The notes below the pieces were generated by a model. The model searched no databases. It was not told the origin of the DNA and saw only the letters and a program-made list of their open reading frames with translations. The position numbers and the translations under genes were made by a program. Shown here in pieces: positions 1 to 9,927 of a stretch of 64,000 bases of DNA. Source of the stretch: Caloramator sp. (GTDB taxonomy: Bacteria > Bacillota > Clostridia > Clostridiales > Caloramatoraceae); assembly GCA_026416875.1 (NCBI GenBank), contig JAOAEI010000001.1, forward strand, positions 16 through 64,015, given 5' to 3'. Numbering within the stretch: the stretch's first letter is position 1; each line of letters opens with the position of its first letter.

Positions 1-206
1 ACCAGTTGTCCTGCCAAGGGCACAGCTGGGTAGCCAAGTTCGGAGGGGATAAGCGCTGAAGGCATCTAAGCGCGAAGCCCACCCCAAGATGAGATTTCCC
101 ACGCTTAAGCGGTAAGACCCCTGGAAGACTACCAGGTAGATAGGCCAGAGGTGTAAGCGTCGTAAGGCGTTGAGCTGACTGGTACTAATAGGTCGAGGGC
201 TTGATC
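1..206 (+). rRNA. rrl: 23S rRNA, 3' end (partial)
   Basis: Conserved 23S 3'-terminal sequence (GCTGAAGGCATCTAAG ... GGTACTAATAGGTCGAGGGCTTGA). Confidence 0.95.
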
Positions 207-223
207 TTATTGTGCAGTAAAAA

Positions 224-340
224 TCCGGTGGTGATGGAGGTAGGGAAACACCCGTTCCCATTCCGAACACGAAGGTTAAGCCTACCTACGCCGATGGTAC
301 TAGACTGGAGACGGTCTGGGAGAGTAGGTGACTGCCGGGT
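224..340 (+). rRNA. rrf: 5S rRNA
   Basis: CACCCGTTCCCATTCCGAACAC, GCCGATGGTAC and GGGAGAGTAGG motifs; terminal helix TCCGGTGG/CTGCCGGG. Confidence 0.97.
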
Positions 341-345
341 AAGTT

Positions 346-378
346 AAAGCCTCAACCAAAACGGTTGAGGCTTTTTCC
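346..378 (+). terminator. rrn operon intrinsic terminator
   Basis: AAAGCCTCAACC-loop-GGTTGAGGCTTT followed by T-rich tail. Confidence 0.85.
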
Positions 379-483
379 TTTTGCCCCGTCACTTAAGTTT
401 AAGATTTATTGTTTTAACTTAATATTGTATAATGCATATAAAGGATAAGTTTTATTTGGAGGTGAAGCCTTTTAAGGCGTAAT

Positions 484-1638
484 ATGAAGGAGATTAAACT
501 ACACGGAAATAGCATAATAATAGGGAAAAATTCACTTGATTACATTAAAGAACTGCAGATAAAAAGGGCTTTTATTATAACTGGTGGAAGTGCAATGTTT
601 AAAAATGGTGCAATAGATAGAATTACGAATATTTTAAAGGATATAAATGCTGAATATGAAATATTTAGTGGTGTGAAAAAGAATCCGTCAATAAATACAG
701 TGATGGATGCTATAGAAAAAATGAAACAATTTCAACCTGATACAGTAATGGGCATAGGCGGAGGATCACCTATAGATGTTGCTAAGGCTGCTGCCCTCTT
801 TTATGAATATCCAGAACTTGATATTAAAAATCCTGATAGTTTAATTCTTCCTAAAAGGAGAAAAAAGATAAAACTAATAGCAATCCCATCAACATCAGGA
901 ACGGGAACTGAGGTTACAAGGGCATCGGTATTAACTTATGAGGAAATGAATTTAAAAATAGGATTAAAATGCGACGCCTTTATTCCTGATGTTGCTATAT
1001 TAGACGCTGATCTAACCCTTTCAATGCCAAAGAGTATAGTTGCTGAAACCGGGATGGATGCCTTAACCCATGCGGTTGAATGCTATATAAATAAAAATAT
1101 AGACGAATTTACTGAGGTTCTAGCTGAAGGGGCGATAAAGGGTTTAATTAAATATTTGCCCTTATCCTATGAACATGGAGATTATGAGTTTAGAGAAAAG
1201 GTTCACATATACAGCACTATGGCAGGCAGTGCCTTTTCAAATGTTGGGCTTGGAATGGCCCATGGAATTTCCCATGCATTAGGCGGTAGATTTGACCTTT
1301 CCCACGGCCTTTTAAATGCAATTGCCCTTCCTTATGTCCTTTTATTTAATTCAAGGGATGAAGGGGTTAAGGAAAGATTAAATAATATAAGCAACGTGAT
1401 AGGCAGCGATATAATAGAAGAGATAATAGAGCTAAATAAAAAAATAGGCATCCCTTTATCCTTAAAGGATGCCGGCCTTAGAGAAGAAGAATTCTTGAAG
1501 GATTTTAAATTATTAGTAGAAAATTCTATGAAGGGATCAACAAGGGTAAACCCTGTTAAGGTAACCATCGATGATATGATAATAATCTTAAAGGCTATTT
1601 ATTATGGAAGATTAGAGGATTTAAAAATCCAGTCATAG
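484..1638 (+). CDS. iron-containing alcohol dehydrogenase
   Basis: GGGSPID, PSTSGTGTE, DALTHAVE, HGISH and SHG metal-binding motifs. Confidence 0.92.
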   Translation: MKEIKLHGNSIIIGKNSLDYIKELQIKRAFIITGGSAMFKNGAIDRITNILKDINAEYEIFSGVKKNPSINTVMDAIEKMKQFQPDTVMGIGGGSPIDVAKAAALFYEYPELDIKNPDSLILPKRRKKIKLIAIPSTSGTGTEVTRASVLTYEEMNLKIGLKCDAFIPDVAILDADLTLSMPKSIVAETGMDALTHAVECYINKNIDEFTEVLAEGAIKGLIKYLPLSYEHGDYEFREKVHIYSTMAGSAFSNVGLGMAHGISHALGGRFDLSHGLLNAIALPYVLLFNSRDEGVKERLNNISNVIGSDIIEEIIELNKKIGIPLSLKDAGLREEEFLKDFKLLVENSMKGSTRVNPVKVTIDDMIIILKAIYYGRLEDLKIQS

Positions 1639-2729
1639 GCTGTAAGTGCAAGGGCACATGATGCTTTTATCATCATGTCCTTTGCATAATTTTTTATTGT
1701 AGCTTCTTTAAATTCTACAGTCCCATACCTTTCTCCCTTTTCACATATTCCAATGTAAGGATGGACTGTAGGAACTCTTTGGCTAATAAGACCGATATCT
1801 AAACTTAATGCAGAAGATAATGGACCGTGGATGTTTATTATGCCGCATTCCTTTAGGTTGTGGGAAGTAAGTTTAATAAGTTCAACATTTTTCTTAAAGG
1901 GCATATATTCTACCTGGACTTTATAGTCAAAATCGCAGGAGTAAATTTTAGAAATAAATTTGGCGCTTTCTATTATTTTATCCTTTATCTTTTCAAGAAC
2001 CACCATATCTGTAGCCTTTACTCCAATTGTGCATGCTGACTTTTCAGGGATTATAAAGATATCTTGGTTGTCACAATTGATGACGTAATTTACAAGGTGG
2101 GAGTTAAATTCGCTTTTAAGGTCCTGAATGATGTCTAAGAACTTTATTATAGGATTTAAAGATGATATACCTTCATTAGGATTTAAATTAAAACTTGCCC
2201 TTTTTCCGGAAAATTCAAACTGCATTATGCTCATTGCCAGCGAGCTTACGCTTTCGTAAGTCTTTTCACCTGGATGGGCACAAAGTATTAAATTTAGATC
2301 ATCAAATAAATGCCTATTTGATAATGTGATTTTTAAAGGTGAAGATTCCTCCTTAGGAAGACAATATATAATTATTTTAGAATCGATTTTATCTAGAACT
2401 CTTGTTAAACCAAGTGCTCCTCCTATATTCATTACGCATTGAATGTTATGTCCGTTAGTATATCCCTCTTTAAGAGCTTCAAACTCGCAAAAAAAGGCTA
2501 TTTTCTTGTTTCCATTTCCTATTTCTGCAGAAAAGGTGTTTTCTATTTGCTGGATATTATTGCTGATTGAAAAGCCGTTTTCCTTTAAAAAATTTGTTAG
2601 AAGATTAAAGGCATTTTTTTCCTGATTTTCATCGACTTTTATATTATATAAATCATCCAAAAGTGCATATAGTTTATCCTTTAGGCTTTCAACATAACCC
2701 TTTATTAAGTTTCTCTCGATATTTGACAT
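1602..2729 (-). CDS. M20 amidohydrolase homolog (AbgA/Acy1L2-like), degenerate active site
   Basis: EFEAL..GHN, PKEE, HPG, D.G.ISQRVPTVHPY pattern; HACGH altered to YTNGH. Confidence 0.75.
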   Translation of the reverse strand: MSNIERNLIKGYVESLKDKLYALLDDLYNIKVDENQEKNAFNLLTNFLKENGFSISNNIQQIENTFSAEIGNGNKKIAFFCEFEALKEGYTNGHNIQCVMNIGGALGLTRVLDKIDSKIIIYCLPKEESSPLKITLSNRHLFDDLNLILCAHPGEKTYESVSSLAMSIMQFEFSGKRASFNLNPNEGISSLNPIIKFLDIIQDLKSEFNSHLVNYVINCDNQDIFIIPEKSACTIGVKATDMVVLEKIKDKIIESAKFISKIYSCDFDYKVQVEYMPFKKNVELIKLTSHNLKECGIINIHGPLSSALSLDIGLISQRVPTVHPYIGICEKGERYGTVEFKEATIKNYAKDMMIKASCALALTAYDWIFKSSNLP

Positions 2730-2745
2730 AATTTCACCTCAGGAA

Positions 2746-2774
2746 TATTATTTACATTAATGAGAAATATATGC
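2746..2774 (-). promoter_or_regulatory. possible SigG-type promoter of the M20 homolog
   Basis: Minus strand GCATA-N17-AATAATA just upstream of the RBS GAGGTG. Confidence 0.35.
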
Positions 2775-2838
2775 CTAAGATGTTCACAAGTTTAATGCGA
2801 TATGATATATTGAAAATAACAGAACTAAGGAGGTTTTT

Positions 2839-4269
2839 ATGGATACGCCGCTTATTAATGGTTTGTTGGAATATATAAAGCAGAATAATATTCCCTTTCA
2901 TATGCCGGGGCATAAAAATAATGCAAAGGAATTTAAAGAGTTAAATATAATCCAAGAAAACATTTTTAATATGGACCTTACTGAGGTGGAGGGGGTTGAT
3001 AATCTCCACTCGCCTGAGGGAATTATAAAGGATGCCCAGGGGAAACTTTCTAAATGCCTTAAGTCAAAGGAAAGCTTCATGCTTGTAAATGGCAGCACTG
3101 CAGGGATTTACAGCATGATTCTTGGACTTACAAAACCTAAGGATAAAATAATAATTCAAAGGAATTGCCACAGATCCGTCTATTCAGCAGCTTTTTTGGG
3201 GGATTTAGAAGTTGAATATATAAATCCTACCATTTTGAATGATTTTAATATCCCTGTGTCAATAAATTTAGATGAAGCCTTTAAGGTTATAGAAAAAAAT
3301 AAGGATGCAAAGGCGATAGTAGTAACTTATCCAACTTATTATGGAACGTGTTTTGATTTAAAAGGGTTAGTAGAATATGCCCACAGATTTAATATGCTGG
3401 TTTTGGTAGACGAAGCCCACGGTGCCCATTTCCCCTTTAACTCTAAACTTCCTGAAAGTGCAATGGAACTAGGTGCTGATGTTTCTGTCAATAGTTTTCA
3501 TAAAACATTGCCATCATTAACACAAACTGCTGTTTTAAATGTAAATTATGGTGTTGATTCAACAGGGATAAAATATATGTTAAGAATTTTTCAATCTACA
3601 AGCCCCTCTTACATTCTTATGGCTTCAATAGATGCTGCAAGAAATATTATGGAGGGGGAAGGGGAAAAACTTTTAGATGATGTTATAGGATACATAGAAG
3701 ATTTTAAAAGGGAAATAAAGAACATTGATGGTTTAAAGATTTTGGATGAGGATTATATCGGAATAGCAGATATTTATGATATAGATAAAACCAGGATAGT
3801 TATAAATTCAAATTTAGGTGGGAAAACCTTAGAAAATATTTTAAGAAGGGAACAGGGCATTCAAGTTGAAATGTCGGATCTTTATAATATAGTTCTTATT
3901 GGAAGCGTCGGAGATAAAAAGGAATTTTATGATAATCTAAAACTTTCATTGTTAAAGATAAAGGATAAAGTTCAAGGACATATAAATATTGATATTATTT
4001 CAGGTTATGATGTTAATTATCAAAAGGTTTTATCCCTTAGGGATGCCTATTATATGCCTAAAAGGAGGGTAAGGATTAAGGAGGCAAAGGGACTTATAAG
4101 CGCAGAGATGGTGGTGCCATATCCTCCCGGTATTCCAGTTTTAGCTCCAGGTGAAATCATAACACAAGATATAATAGATTTAATAAATGAGTATAAAGCA
4201 AACGGAATAACCTTAAACGGAATAGACGATGCAAGTGGAGAATATATTTTAGTAGTAAACGGAGGGTAG
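2839..4269 (+). CDS. Orn/Lys/Arg decarboxylase (YaaO-like, PLP-dependent)
   Basis: FHMPGHK, DEAHGAH, SFHKTLP (PLP Lys), PYPPGIP; conserved position before tmk. Confidence 0.9.
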   Translation: MDTPLINGLLEYIKQNNIPFHMPGHKNNAKEFKELNIIQENIFNMDLTEVEGVDNLHSPEGIIKDAQGKLSKCLKSKESFMLVNGSTAGIYSMILGLTKPKDKIIIQRNCHRSVYSAAFLGDLEVEYINPTILNDFNIPVSINLDEAFKVIEKNKDAKAIVVTYPTYYGTCFDLKGLVEYAHRFNMLVLVDEAHGAHFPFNSKLPESAMELGADVSVNSFHKTLPSLTQTAVLNVNYGVDSTGIKYMLRIFQSTSPSYILMASIDAARNIMEGEGEKLLDDVIGYIEDFKREIKNIDGLKILDEDYIGIADIYDIDKTRIVINSNLGGKTLENILRREQGIQVEMSDLYNIVLIGSVGDKKEFYDNLKLSLLKIKDKVQGHINIDIISGYDVNYQKVLSLRDAYYMPKRRVRIKEAKGLISAEMVVPYPPGIPVLAPGEIITQDIIDLINEYKANGITLNGIDDASGEYILVVNGG

Positions 4270-4272
4270 TAA

Positions 4273-4944
4273 ATGGGAAAACTTATTATAATAGATGGAA
4301 CAGATGGAAGCGGTAAAGCAACTCAAACCCAAAGGTTATTTGAAAGGTTAACGGCTGAGGGACTAAGGGTAAAAAAAATTGAGTTTCCAAACTATAAAAG
4401 TCAATCAAGTTCCCTAATTAAAATGTATCTTAATGGAGACTTTGGCAAAAATCCTGAAGATGTTAACCCCTATGCAGCTTCATGCTTTTATGCTGTCGAC
4501 AGGTTTGCAAGCTATAAGATGGAGTGGGAGAATTTTTATAAGGATGGCGGAATTATAATAGCAGATAGATATGTAACCTCCAACATGGTCCATCAGGCTG
4601 CAAAGATAAAGGATTTAAAAGAAAAGGAATATTTTTTGGATTGGCTTTATGACCTTGAATATAGCAAATTTAACCTTCCAAAACCTGATCTTGTTATATT
4701 CCTCGATGTTCCTCCGGATATAAGTTTAAGCTTAATTAAAGATAGACCAAACAAGATGTCGGGGGATATTAAAAAGGATATACATGAAAAAAATTCGGAG
4801 TATATTTTAACATCATATAATAATGCTGTATTTTGTGCTGAAAGGTTTGGCTGGAGGAAAATAGAGTGTTATATAGACGGAATTTTAAGGACTATTGATG
4901 ATATACATGAGGATATTTTTAATGAAGTAAAGAAAATATTATAA
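4273..4944 (+). CDS. tmk: thymidylate kinase
   Basis: P-loop DGTDGSGKATQ, DRY motif, synteny. Confidence 0.9.
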   Translation: MGKLIIIDGTDGSGKATQTQRLFERLTAEGLRVKKIEFPNYKSQSSSLIKMYLNGDFGKNPEDVNPYAASCFYAVDRFASYKMEWENFYKDGGIIIADRYVTSNMVHQAAKIKDLKEKEYFLDWLYDLEYSKFNLPKPDLVIFLDVPPDISLSLIKDRPNKMSGDIKKDIHEKNSEYILTSYNNAVFCAERFGWRKIECYIDGILRTIDDIHEDIFNEVKKIL

Positions 4945-4956
4945 AGGGGTGTTATT

Positions 4957-5286
4957 ATGAAGCTTGTTATAGCGATAGTTCATGACGAGGATGCTTATGA
5001 GCTTATTGACAATATAACAGAAAAGGGCTTTCAAGTTACAAAGCTTGCAACAACAGGGGGATTTTTAAAGGCAGGCAATACTACCCTTATGATTGGTGTT
5101 GAAAAGGAAAGGGTAGAGGAGGTTCTAGACATCATTAAAAATGTATGTAAGACTAGAAAAACAATAATATCTGCGCCTTCACCTGTGATGGGAACAGCCG
5201 GAGTATTTGTCCCCAATCCTATGGAGGTTACAATAGGAGGAGCAACTGTATTTGTCTTAGATGTTGACCAATTTGAAAAGTTTTAG
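4957..5286 (+). CDS. darA: PII-like cyclic-di-AMP receptor DarA/PstA (YaaQ)
   Basis: TKLATTGGFLKAGNTT and GGATVFV motifs; tmk-holB synteny. Confidence 0.93.
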   Translation: MKLVIAIVHDEDAYELIDNITEKGFQVTKLATTGGFLKAGNTTLMIGVEKERVEEVLDIIKNVCKTRKTIISAPSPVMGTAGVFVPNPMEVTIGGATVFVLDVDQFEKF

Positions 5287-5298
5287 GAGTGATTTAGA

Positions 5299-6261
5299 TT
5301 GTTTGACGTAGTTGGACAAAATAAGCTTAAGGAGGTTTTTGATAAGATATTAAAATCTGGTTCCCTTGTAAATTCTTATATATTAAAGGGACCGGAAGGG
5401 ATAGGAAAAAAGAATTTTGCCCTTTATATGGCAGCTAAGATATTATGTAAAACCAATGATGCCTGTGGAGTGTGCCCTTCATGTATTAAGATTAAGCATT
5501 TCAATCATCCAGATGTAATTATACTTTCAAAAAAGGATAAAGCTATAGGTGTTGAAGACATAGAAGAATTAATAGAAAGGATTCAAATAAAGCCCTATGA
5601 AGGAGATAAAAAAGTCGTTATAATAGAGAACTTTGAAAATACCACAATTCAAGCTCAAAACAAGTTTTTAAAGACATTAGAGGAGCCTGTAGAGGATACA
5701 ATAATAATCCTTACAGCAAACAACTTAAATTCAGTTTTAGAGACTATTATCTCAAGATGTCAAATTTTTAGTCTGAATAGAGTAGATAGCGAAGAAATAC
5801 AAAGATATTTGATTAAAAAGGGAGTAAATAGTGAGAAGGCAAGGGTTATAGCAAAGCTCAGCGATGGCATAGTTGGAATGGCTGAAAAATATTTAGATGA
5901 GGAATACGCAAACTTAAGAAACGATGTAATAAATATTGCTACTAAAATTACAAACATGAATGGCTTGGAGATAACAGAGATTGTAAGGTTTTTTGATGAT
6001 AAAAAGGATTACATTGATGAAATATTGGATATGTTAATGACATGGTTTAGGGATGTTTTGATGTATAAAATTACCTACAGCAAGGATGTTCTGATAAATG
6101 AAGATTATTTTGAAAGAATAATTGAAGAAAGCAAAATACTTTCATATAATAAAATAAATGGAATAATCAATATAATCAAAAAAACTAAGGAAAAATTGAA
6201 CTATTATTCAAATTATCAACTTACAATCGAAGCAATGCTTTTGAATATACAGGAGGTTTAA
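5299..6261 (+). CDS. holB: DNA polymerase III delta' subunit
   Basis: GPEGIGK, CGVCPSC zinc motif, HPD, LKTLEEP, TIISRC. Confidence 0.93.
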   Translation: MFDVVGQNKLKEVFDKILKSGSLVNSYILKGPEGIGKKNFALYMAAKILCKTNDACGVCPSCIKIKHFNHPDVIILSKKDKAIGVEDIEELIERIQIKPYEGDKKVVIIENFENTTIQAQNKFLKTLEEPVEDTIIILTANNLNSVLETIISRCQIFSLNRVDSEEIQRYLIKKGVNSEKARVIAKLSDGIVGMAEKYLDEEYANLRNDVINIATKITNMNGLEITEIVRFFDDKKDYIDEILDMLMTWFRDVLMYKITYSKDVLINEDYFERIIEESKILSYNKINGIINIIKKTKEKLNYYSNYQLTIEAMLLNIQEV

Positions 6262-6262
6262 T

Positions 6263-7165
6263 ATGGTAACAGTAGTAGGTGTAAGATTTAAAAGGGCCGG
6301 TAAAATATATTATTTTGATCCAGACAACTTAGACATAAACGTAGGGGATTATGTAATCGTTGAAACAGCTCGCGGACTTGAATACGGCGAGGTAGTTATC
6401 GGGAAAAGGGAAGTTTCTGAGGAGGATATCGTTGCTCCTTTAAAAAAGGTATTAAGAATTGCAACCGACGAGGATAAAATGAAGCATTTAGAAAATAAAG
6501 CAAAGGAAGAAACCGCCTTTGATATCTGCCTTAAAAAGATAGCTGAGCATGGACTTCCTATGAAGTTAATCGACGTAGAGTATACCTTTGACAACAATAA
6601 AGTTATATTCTACTTTGTGGCAGAGGGAAGGGTTGACTTTAGAGAACTTGTAAAGGATCTTGCTGCTATTTTTAGAACGAGAATTGAACTAAGGCAAATA
6701 GGAGTAAGGGACCAGGCGAAGATGGTTGGAGGCCTTGGACCCTGTGGAAGGCCCATGTGCTGTGCCCACTTTTTAGGTGAATTTGAACCTGTTTCAATTA
6801 AAATGGCAAAGGAACAGAATTTATCTTTAAATCCATCGAAGATTTCGGGCGTTTGTGGAAGGCTAATGTGCTGTTTAAACTATGAACAGGAAACCTATGA
6901 AGAAATTCGCAAACAAACTCCAACCATTGGCTCCATTGTAAGGACTCCTGATGGTGAAGGAGAAGTTGTAGAAAACAGCATAGTTCATGAAAGGGTTAAA
7001 GTTAAACTCAATAAAGAAAATGAGGTTGAAATAAAATCATATTCTATATATGATGTGGAACTTATTGAAGGAGAATATGAATTTAAAGAAATATCTGAGG
7101 AAGAATTAAAGCAGGAAATAGAAGAAATAGGCGAAGAGGGGTTAAACGACCTTTTAGAAGAGTAA
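6263..7165 (+). CDS. yaaT: PSP1/YaaT (RicT) stage 0 sporulation family protein
   Basis: GKIYYF, RVDFRELVKDLA, GPCGRPMCC, SGVCGRLMCCL. Confidence 0.95.
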   Translation: MVTVVGVRFKRAGKIYYFDPDNLDINVGDYVIVETARGLEYGEVVIGKREVSEEDIVAPLKKVLRIATDEDKMKHLENKAKEETAFDICLKKIAEHGLPMKLIDVEYTFDNNKVIFYFVAEGRVDFRELVKDLAAIFRTRIELRQIGVRDQAKMVGGLGPCGRPMCCAHFLGEFEPVSIKMAKEQNLSLNPSKISGVCGRLMCCLNYEQETYEEIRKQTPTIGSIVRTPDGEGEVVENSIVHERVKVKLNKENEVEIKSYSIYDVELIEGEYEFKEISEEELKQEIEEIGEEGLNDLLEE

Positions 7166-7174
7166 TTGGAACAT

Positions 7175-7202
7175 TTGACATTTATTTTATTTGTGATAAA
7201 AT
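7175..7202 (+). promoter_or_regulatory. SigA promoter of ferredoxin
   Basis: TTGACA-N16-TAAAAT with extended TG. Confidence 0.65.
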
Positions 7203-7231
7203 ATATTTGAAAAGTGATAGGGGGTGAAAAT

Positions 7232-7402
7232 ATGGCATATAAAATTACAGATGCTTGCATAAGCTGTGGAGCATGTGCAGCTGAATGCCCTGTTTCATGC
7301 ATAAGCCAAGGAGATACAATCTATGTTATCGATGCATCAGCTTGCATAGATTGTGGAAACTGCGCTAATGTTTGTCCAGTAGGAGCTCCAGTTCAAGAAT
7401 AA
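7232..7402 (+). CDS. fdx: 2[4Fe-4S] clostridial ferredoxin
   Basis: MAYKITDACISCGACAAECP ... CIDCGNCANVCPVGAPVQE; ATG 7232 after GGGGGTG. Confidence 0.97.
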   Translation: MAYKITDACISCGACAAECPVSCISQGDTIYVIDASACIDCGNCANVCPVGAPVQE

Positions 7403-7408
7403 TACATA

Positions 7409-7439
7409 AAAAAAGCTGCTGAAAATCAGCAGCTTTTTT
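7409..7439 (+). terminator. intrinsic terminator
   Basis: AAAAAAGCTGCTGA-AAA-TCAGCAGCTTTTTT. Confidence 0.85.
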
Positions 7440-7468
7440 ATTATGCTTAAATATGTTATAATGGATGA

Positions 7469-7480
7469 GAAATCGTTTGC
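7469..7480. promoter_or_regulatory. LacI-family (MalR/CcpA-type) operator before the GH31 gene
   Basis: GAAATCGTTTGC (reverse complement GCAAACGATTTC) just downstream of TGTTATAAT. Confidence 0.55.
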
Positions 7481-7492
7481 GCAAGGGGGATT

Positions 7493-9832
7493 ATGATGAG
7501 GAAAGAGATGACAGCATTTTTATTAGTTTTTATTCTTATTTTATTAGCCTTTATTTTTCTAAGAAACAGGTTGGGCTCTAAAAGTTCAATCAAAGTGTTT
7601 AAGGAAGAAAATAGGATAGTCATTAAAAAGGAGGATGATTTAAAAATAATAGAGTTTTATGATGACAATATTATAAGAGTTAATTATCTTCCTAAAGGTG
7701 AAGAGAGTAAGGATACTTTAGTAATTCAAGGCTTTCAGTTGGAGGTTACAAAGAAAGATGTTGAATTAAATTCAGGGATTATAGAATTTAATGGCTATAG
7801 GGTAAAAATAAACAAGGATACAGGAATGATCAGCATATTCGATGATAATGATAAATTGATCTTAAAGGAAGATGATAAAAATACTTATAAAGATAAAATA
7901 AAATTTATCCACAATTCAGGGGATAACTTTTACGGAATAGACAGCTTTAATGTGGATCAAAAATCAGGTTTTAAACTGATTTTAAGAAACAGCGGAGGAA
8001 ATGCAATTGCAGGAAAGCAAGGACATGCAGGTGGCCCCTTCGTCTGGTCATCTTCTGGTTATGGCATTTTAGTCGATTCTGATTCAGAAGAGGCATGGTT
8101 TGACATTAATGATGAATATGTTGAGTTTTTAGGAAATTCTAAAAGGGATTTTGAATATTTTGTTTTCCTTGGAGAGCCTAAGGATATATTTAGATCGCTA
8201 TTTAAAATAAGCGGAAGATATCCTTTGTTTCCTAAATGGTCTATGGGATTTATGAATACTGAGTGGGGAATAGATGAAAAGGAGCTTATAGAAACTATTG
8301 ATACATATAGAAAAAAGGAAATCCCTATAGATGCCTTTGTCCTCGATTTTGATTGGAAGGCATGGGGGGAAGATATGGGAGAATTCAGATGGAATGATAA
8401 AAAGTTCCCCAACGGGCAGAGTGGAAAGCTAGCAGAAACTCTAAGAAAAAAAGGAATAAAACTTGCAGGTATATTTAAGCCAAGGGTCCATATTGATACA
8501 AAAGCAGGCCAATTTGCTTTGGAAAGAGGATATTTTATAGACAAAAAGCCTTATGAGGATTATTTTTCAAAAAAATTAGTTAACGATCTTGATTTTTCAA
8601 AAGAAGAAGTTAGAAGATGGTTTTTTGAAAATACAAAGGAAGCCTTTGACTCAGGAATAGTAGGATATTGGAATGACGAGGCGGATGAGGTTAACAATAC
8701 TCAGTTTTTAAATATGCAAAGGGCTTTATATGAAGGGCAAAGAGCTTATACAAACAGAAGGGTATGGTCTTTAAATAGAAACTTCTTTTTAGGCTCCCAA
8801 AGATATGCATATGGAATATGGTCAGGGGATATAGATGCATCTTCCTATACTATGGCAGCCCAAAGGGAAAGGCTTTTAAGTTCAGTGAATGTTGGAGCTG
8901 TAAAGTGGGGGATGGATACCGGAGGATTTAGAGGAGAGCCATCAGAAGAAACATATATAAGATGGGTTCAGTTTAGTGCCTTTACGCCCATTTTTAGAGT
9001 CCACGGCGATTTAAATCAGCAAAGACAGCCGTGGGTATTTGGAAAAAGGGCAGAGGAGCTTAGCAGAGAAGCAATAAGGTTAAGGTATAGATTAATACCG
9101 TATATATATTCCTATGAAAGAAAGCTTTATGAGGAGGGTTTCCCGCTTGTAAGACCTTTGGTCTTTGATTATCCTAAGGATGAAAATGTAATAAACTATG
9201 TGGATGCATGGATGTTTGGAGAATATCTATTAGTAGCTCCAGTTGTTGCAGAGGGGCAAACTGAAAAGGAAATATATCTTCCTAAAGGAGAATGGATAGA
9301 TTATTTTAAAGGAACGGTATATAAAGGTGAACAAAACATTAAATACAAATTAAATTTAGATACCCTTGAGGATATTCCGCTTTTTATAAAAAAAGGTGCC
9401 ATAATTCCAATGCAGGATGTTGTGAATTTTGTTGAGGAAAAGAAGATAGAGAATATTTATTTAGATATATTCCCGGATGGTAAATGGAACTTCTTTGACT
9501 ACTATGATGATGATGGGGAAACATATAACTATGAAAAGGGAGAATATTTTAAGCAAAGAATAGGTGCTGTAGACAGTAAAGACCAGGTTGAGATAAACAT
9601 GTCAGAGAGAGAGGGAAGCTTTAAACCCCATTTAAAATACTATTTAATTAGACTTCACAGGGACAATCTAAATGAAGTAAAAGTAAATGGCATTAACCTT
9701 ACTGAATTAAATAACTTAGAAGAACTGTTAAGATTTGAAGGAGAAGGATATTTTAAAACAAGGGATAAGTTTGGAGAAGTTTTATGCATTAAGGTAAAGG
9801 CAGGTCAGAATAAGAATATAATTGCTAAATGA
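7493..9832 (+). CDS. GH31 alpha-glucosidase/alpha-glucosyltransferase, N-terminally membrane-anchored
   Basis: IPIDAFVLDFDW, nucleophile motif YWNDEADE, WSGD acid/base, FRVHG, C-terminal DDDGET region; N-terminal hydrophobic helix. Confidence 0.88.
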   Translation: MMRKEMTAFLLVFILILLAFIFLRNRLGSKSSIKVFKEENRIVIKKEDDLKIIEFYDDNIIRVNYLPKGEESKDTLVIQGFQLEVTKKDVELNSGIIEFNGYRVKINKDTGMISIFDDNDKLILKEDDKNTYKDKIKFIHNSGDNFYGIDSFNVDQKSGFKLILRNSGGNAIAGKQGHAGGPFVWSSSGYGILVDSDSEEAWFDINDEYVEFLGNSKRDFEYFVFLGEPKDIFRSLFKISGRYPLFPKWSMGFMNTEWGIDEKELIETIDTYRKKEIPIDAFVLDFDWKAWGEDMGEFRWNDKKFPNGQSGKLAETLRKKGIKLAGIFKPRVHIDTKAGQFALERGYFIDKKPYEDYFSKKLVNDLDFSKEEVRRWFFENTKEAFDSGIVGYWNDEADEVNNTQFLNMQRALYEGQRAYTNRRVWSLNRNFFLGSQRYAYGIWSGDIDASSYTMAAQRERLLSSVNVGAVKWGMDTGGFRGEPSEETYIRWVQFSAFTPIFRVHGDLNQQRQPWVFGKRAEELSREAIRLRYRLIPYIYSYERKLYEEGFPLVRPLVFDYPKDENVINYVDAWMFGEYLLVAPVVAEGQTEKEIYLPKGEWIDYFKGTVYKGEQNIKYKLNLDTLEDIPLFIKKGAIIPMQDVVNFVEEKKIENIYLDIFPDGKWNFFDYYDDDGETYNYEKGEYFKQRIGAVDSKDQVEINMSEREGSFKPHLKYYLIRLHRDNLNEVKVNGINLTELNNLEELLRFEGEGYFKTRDKFGEVLCIKVKAGQNKNIIAK

Positions 9833-9862
9833 AGAGGACGCTTTAGCGTCTTCTTTATTTTT
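9831..9862 (+). terminator. intrinsic terminator
   Basis: AAGAGGACGC-TTTA-GCGTCTTCTT then T-rich tail. Confidence 0.7.
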
Positions 9863-9927
9863 ATGGCATACAAAGGGGTGTATAAGAATAATTATTTATG
9901 AGAAAACAAATCCCTTTGGAGGTCTAT

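Noticed and set aside
341-483. tRNA gene after the 5S rRNA
   Set aside because: No cloverleaf or TTCGA T-loop; a terminator follows the 5S directly
9866-9894. Possible SigE/SigG promoter (GCATA...AATAATT) before the GT2-kinase fusion gene
   Set aside because: The -10 match and spacing are imperfect; too weak to call
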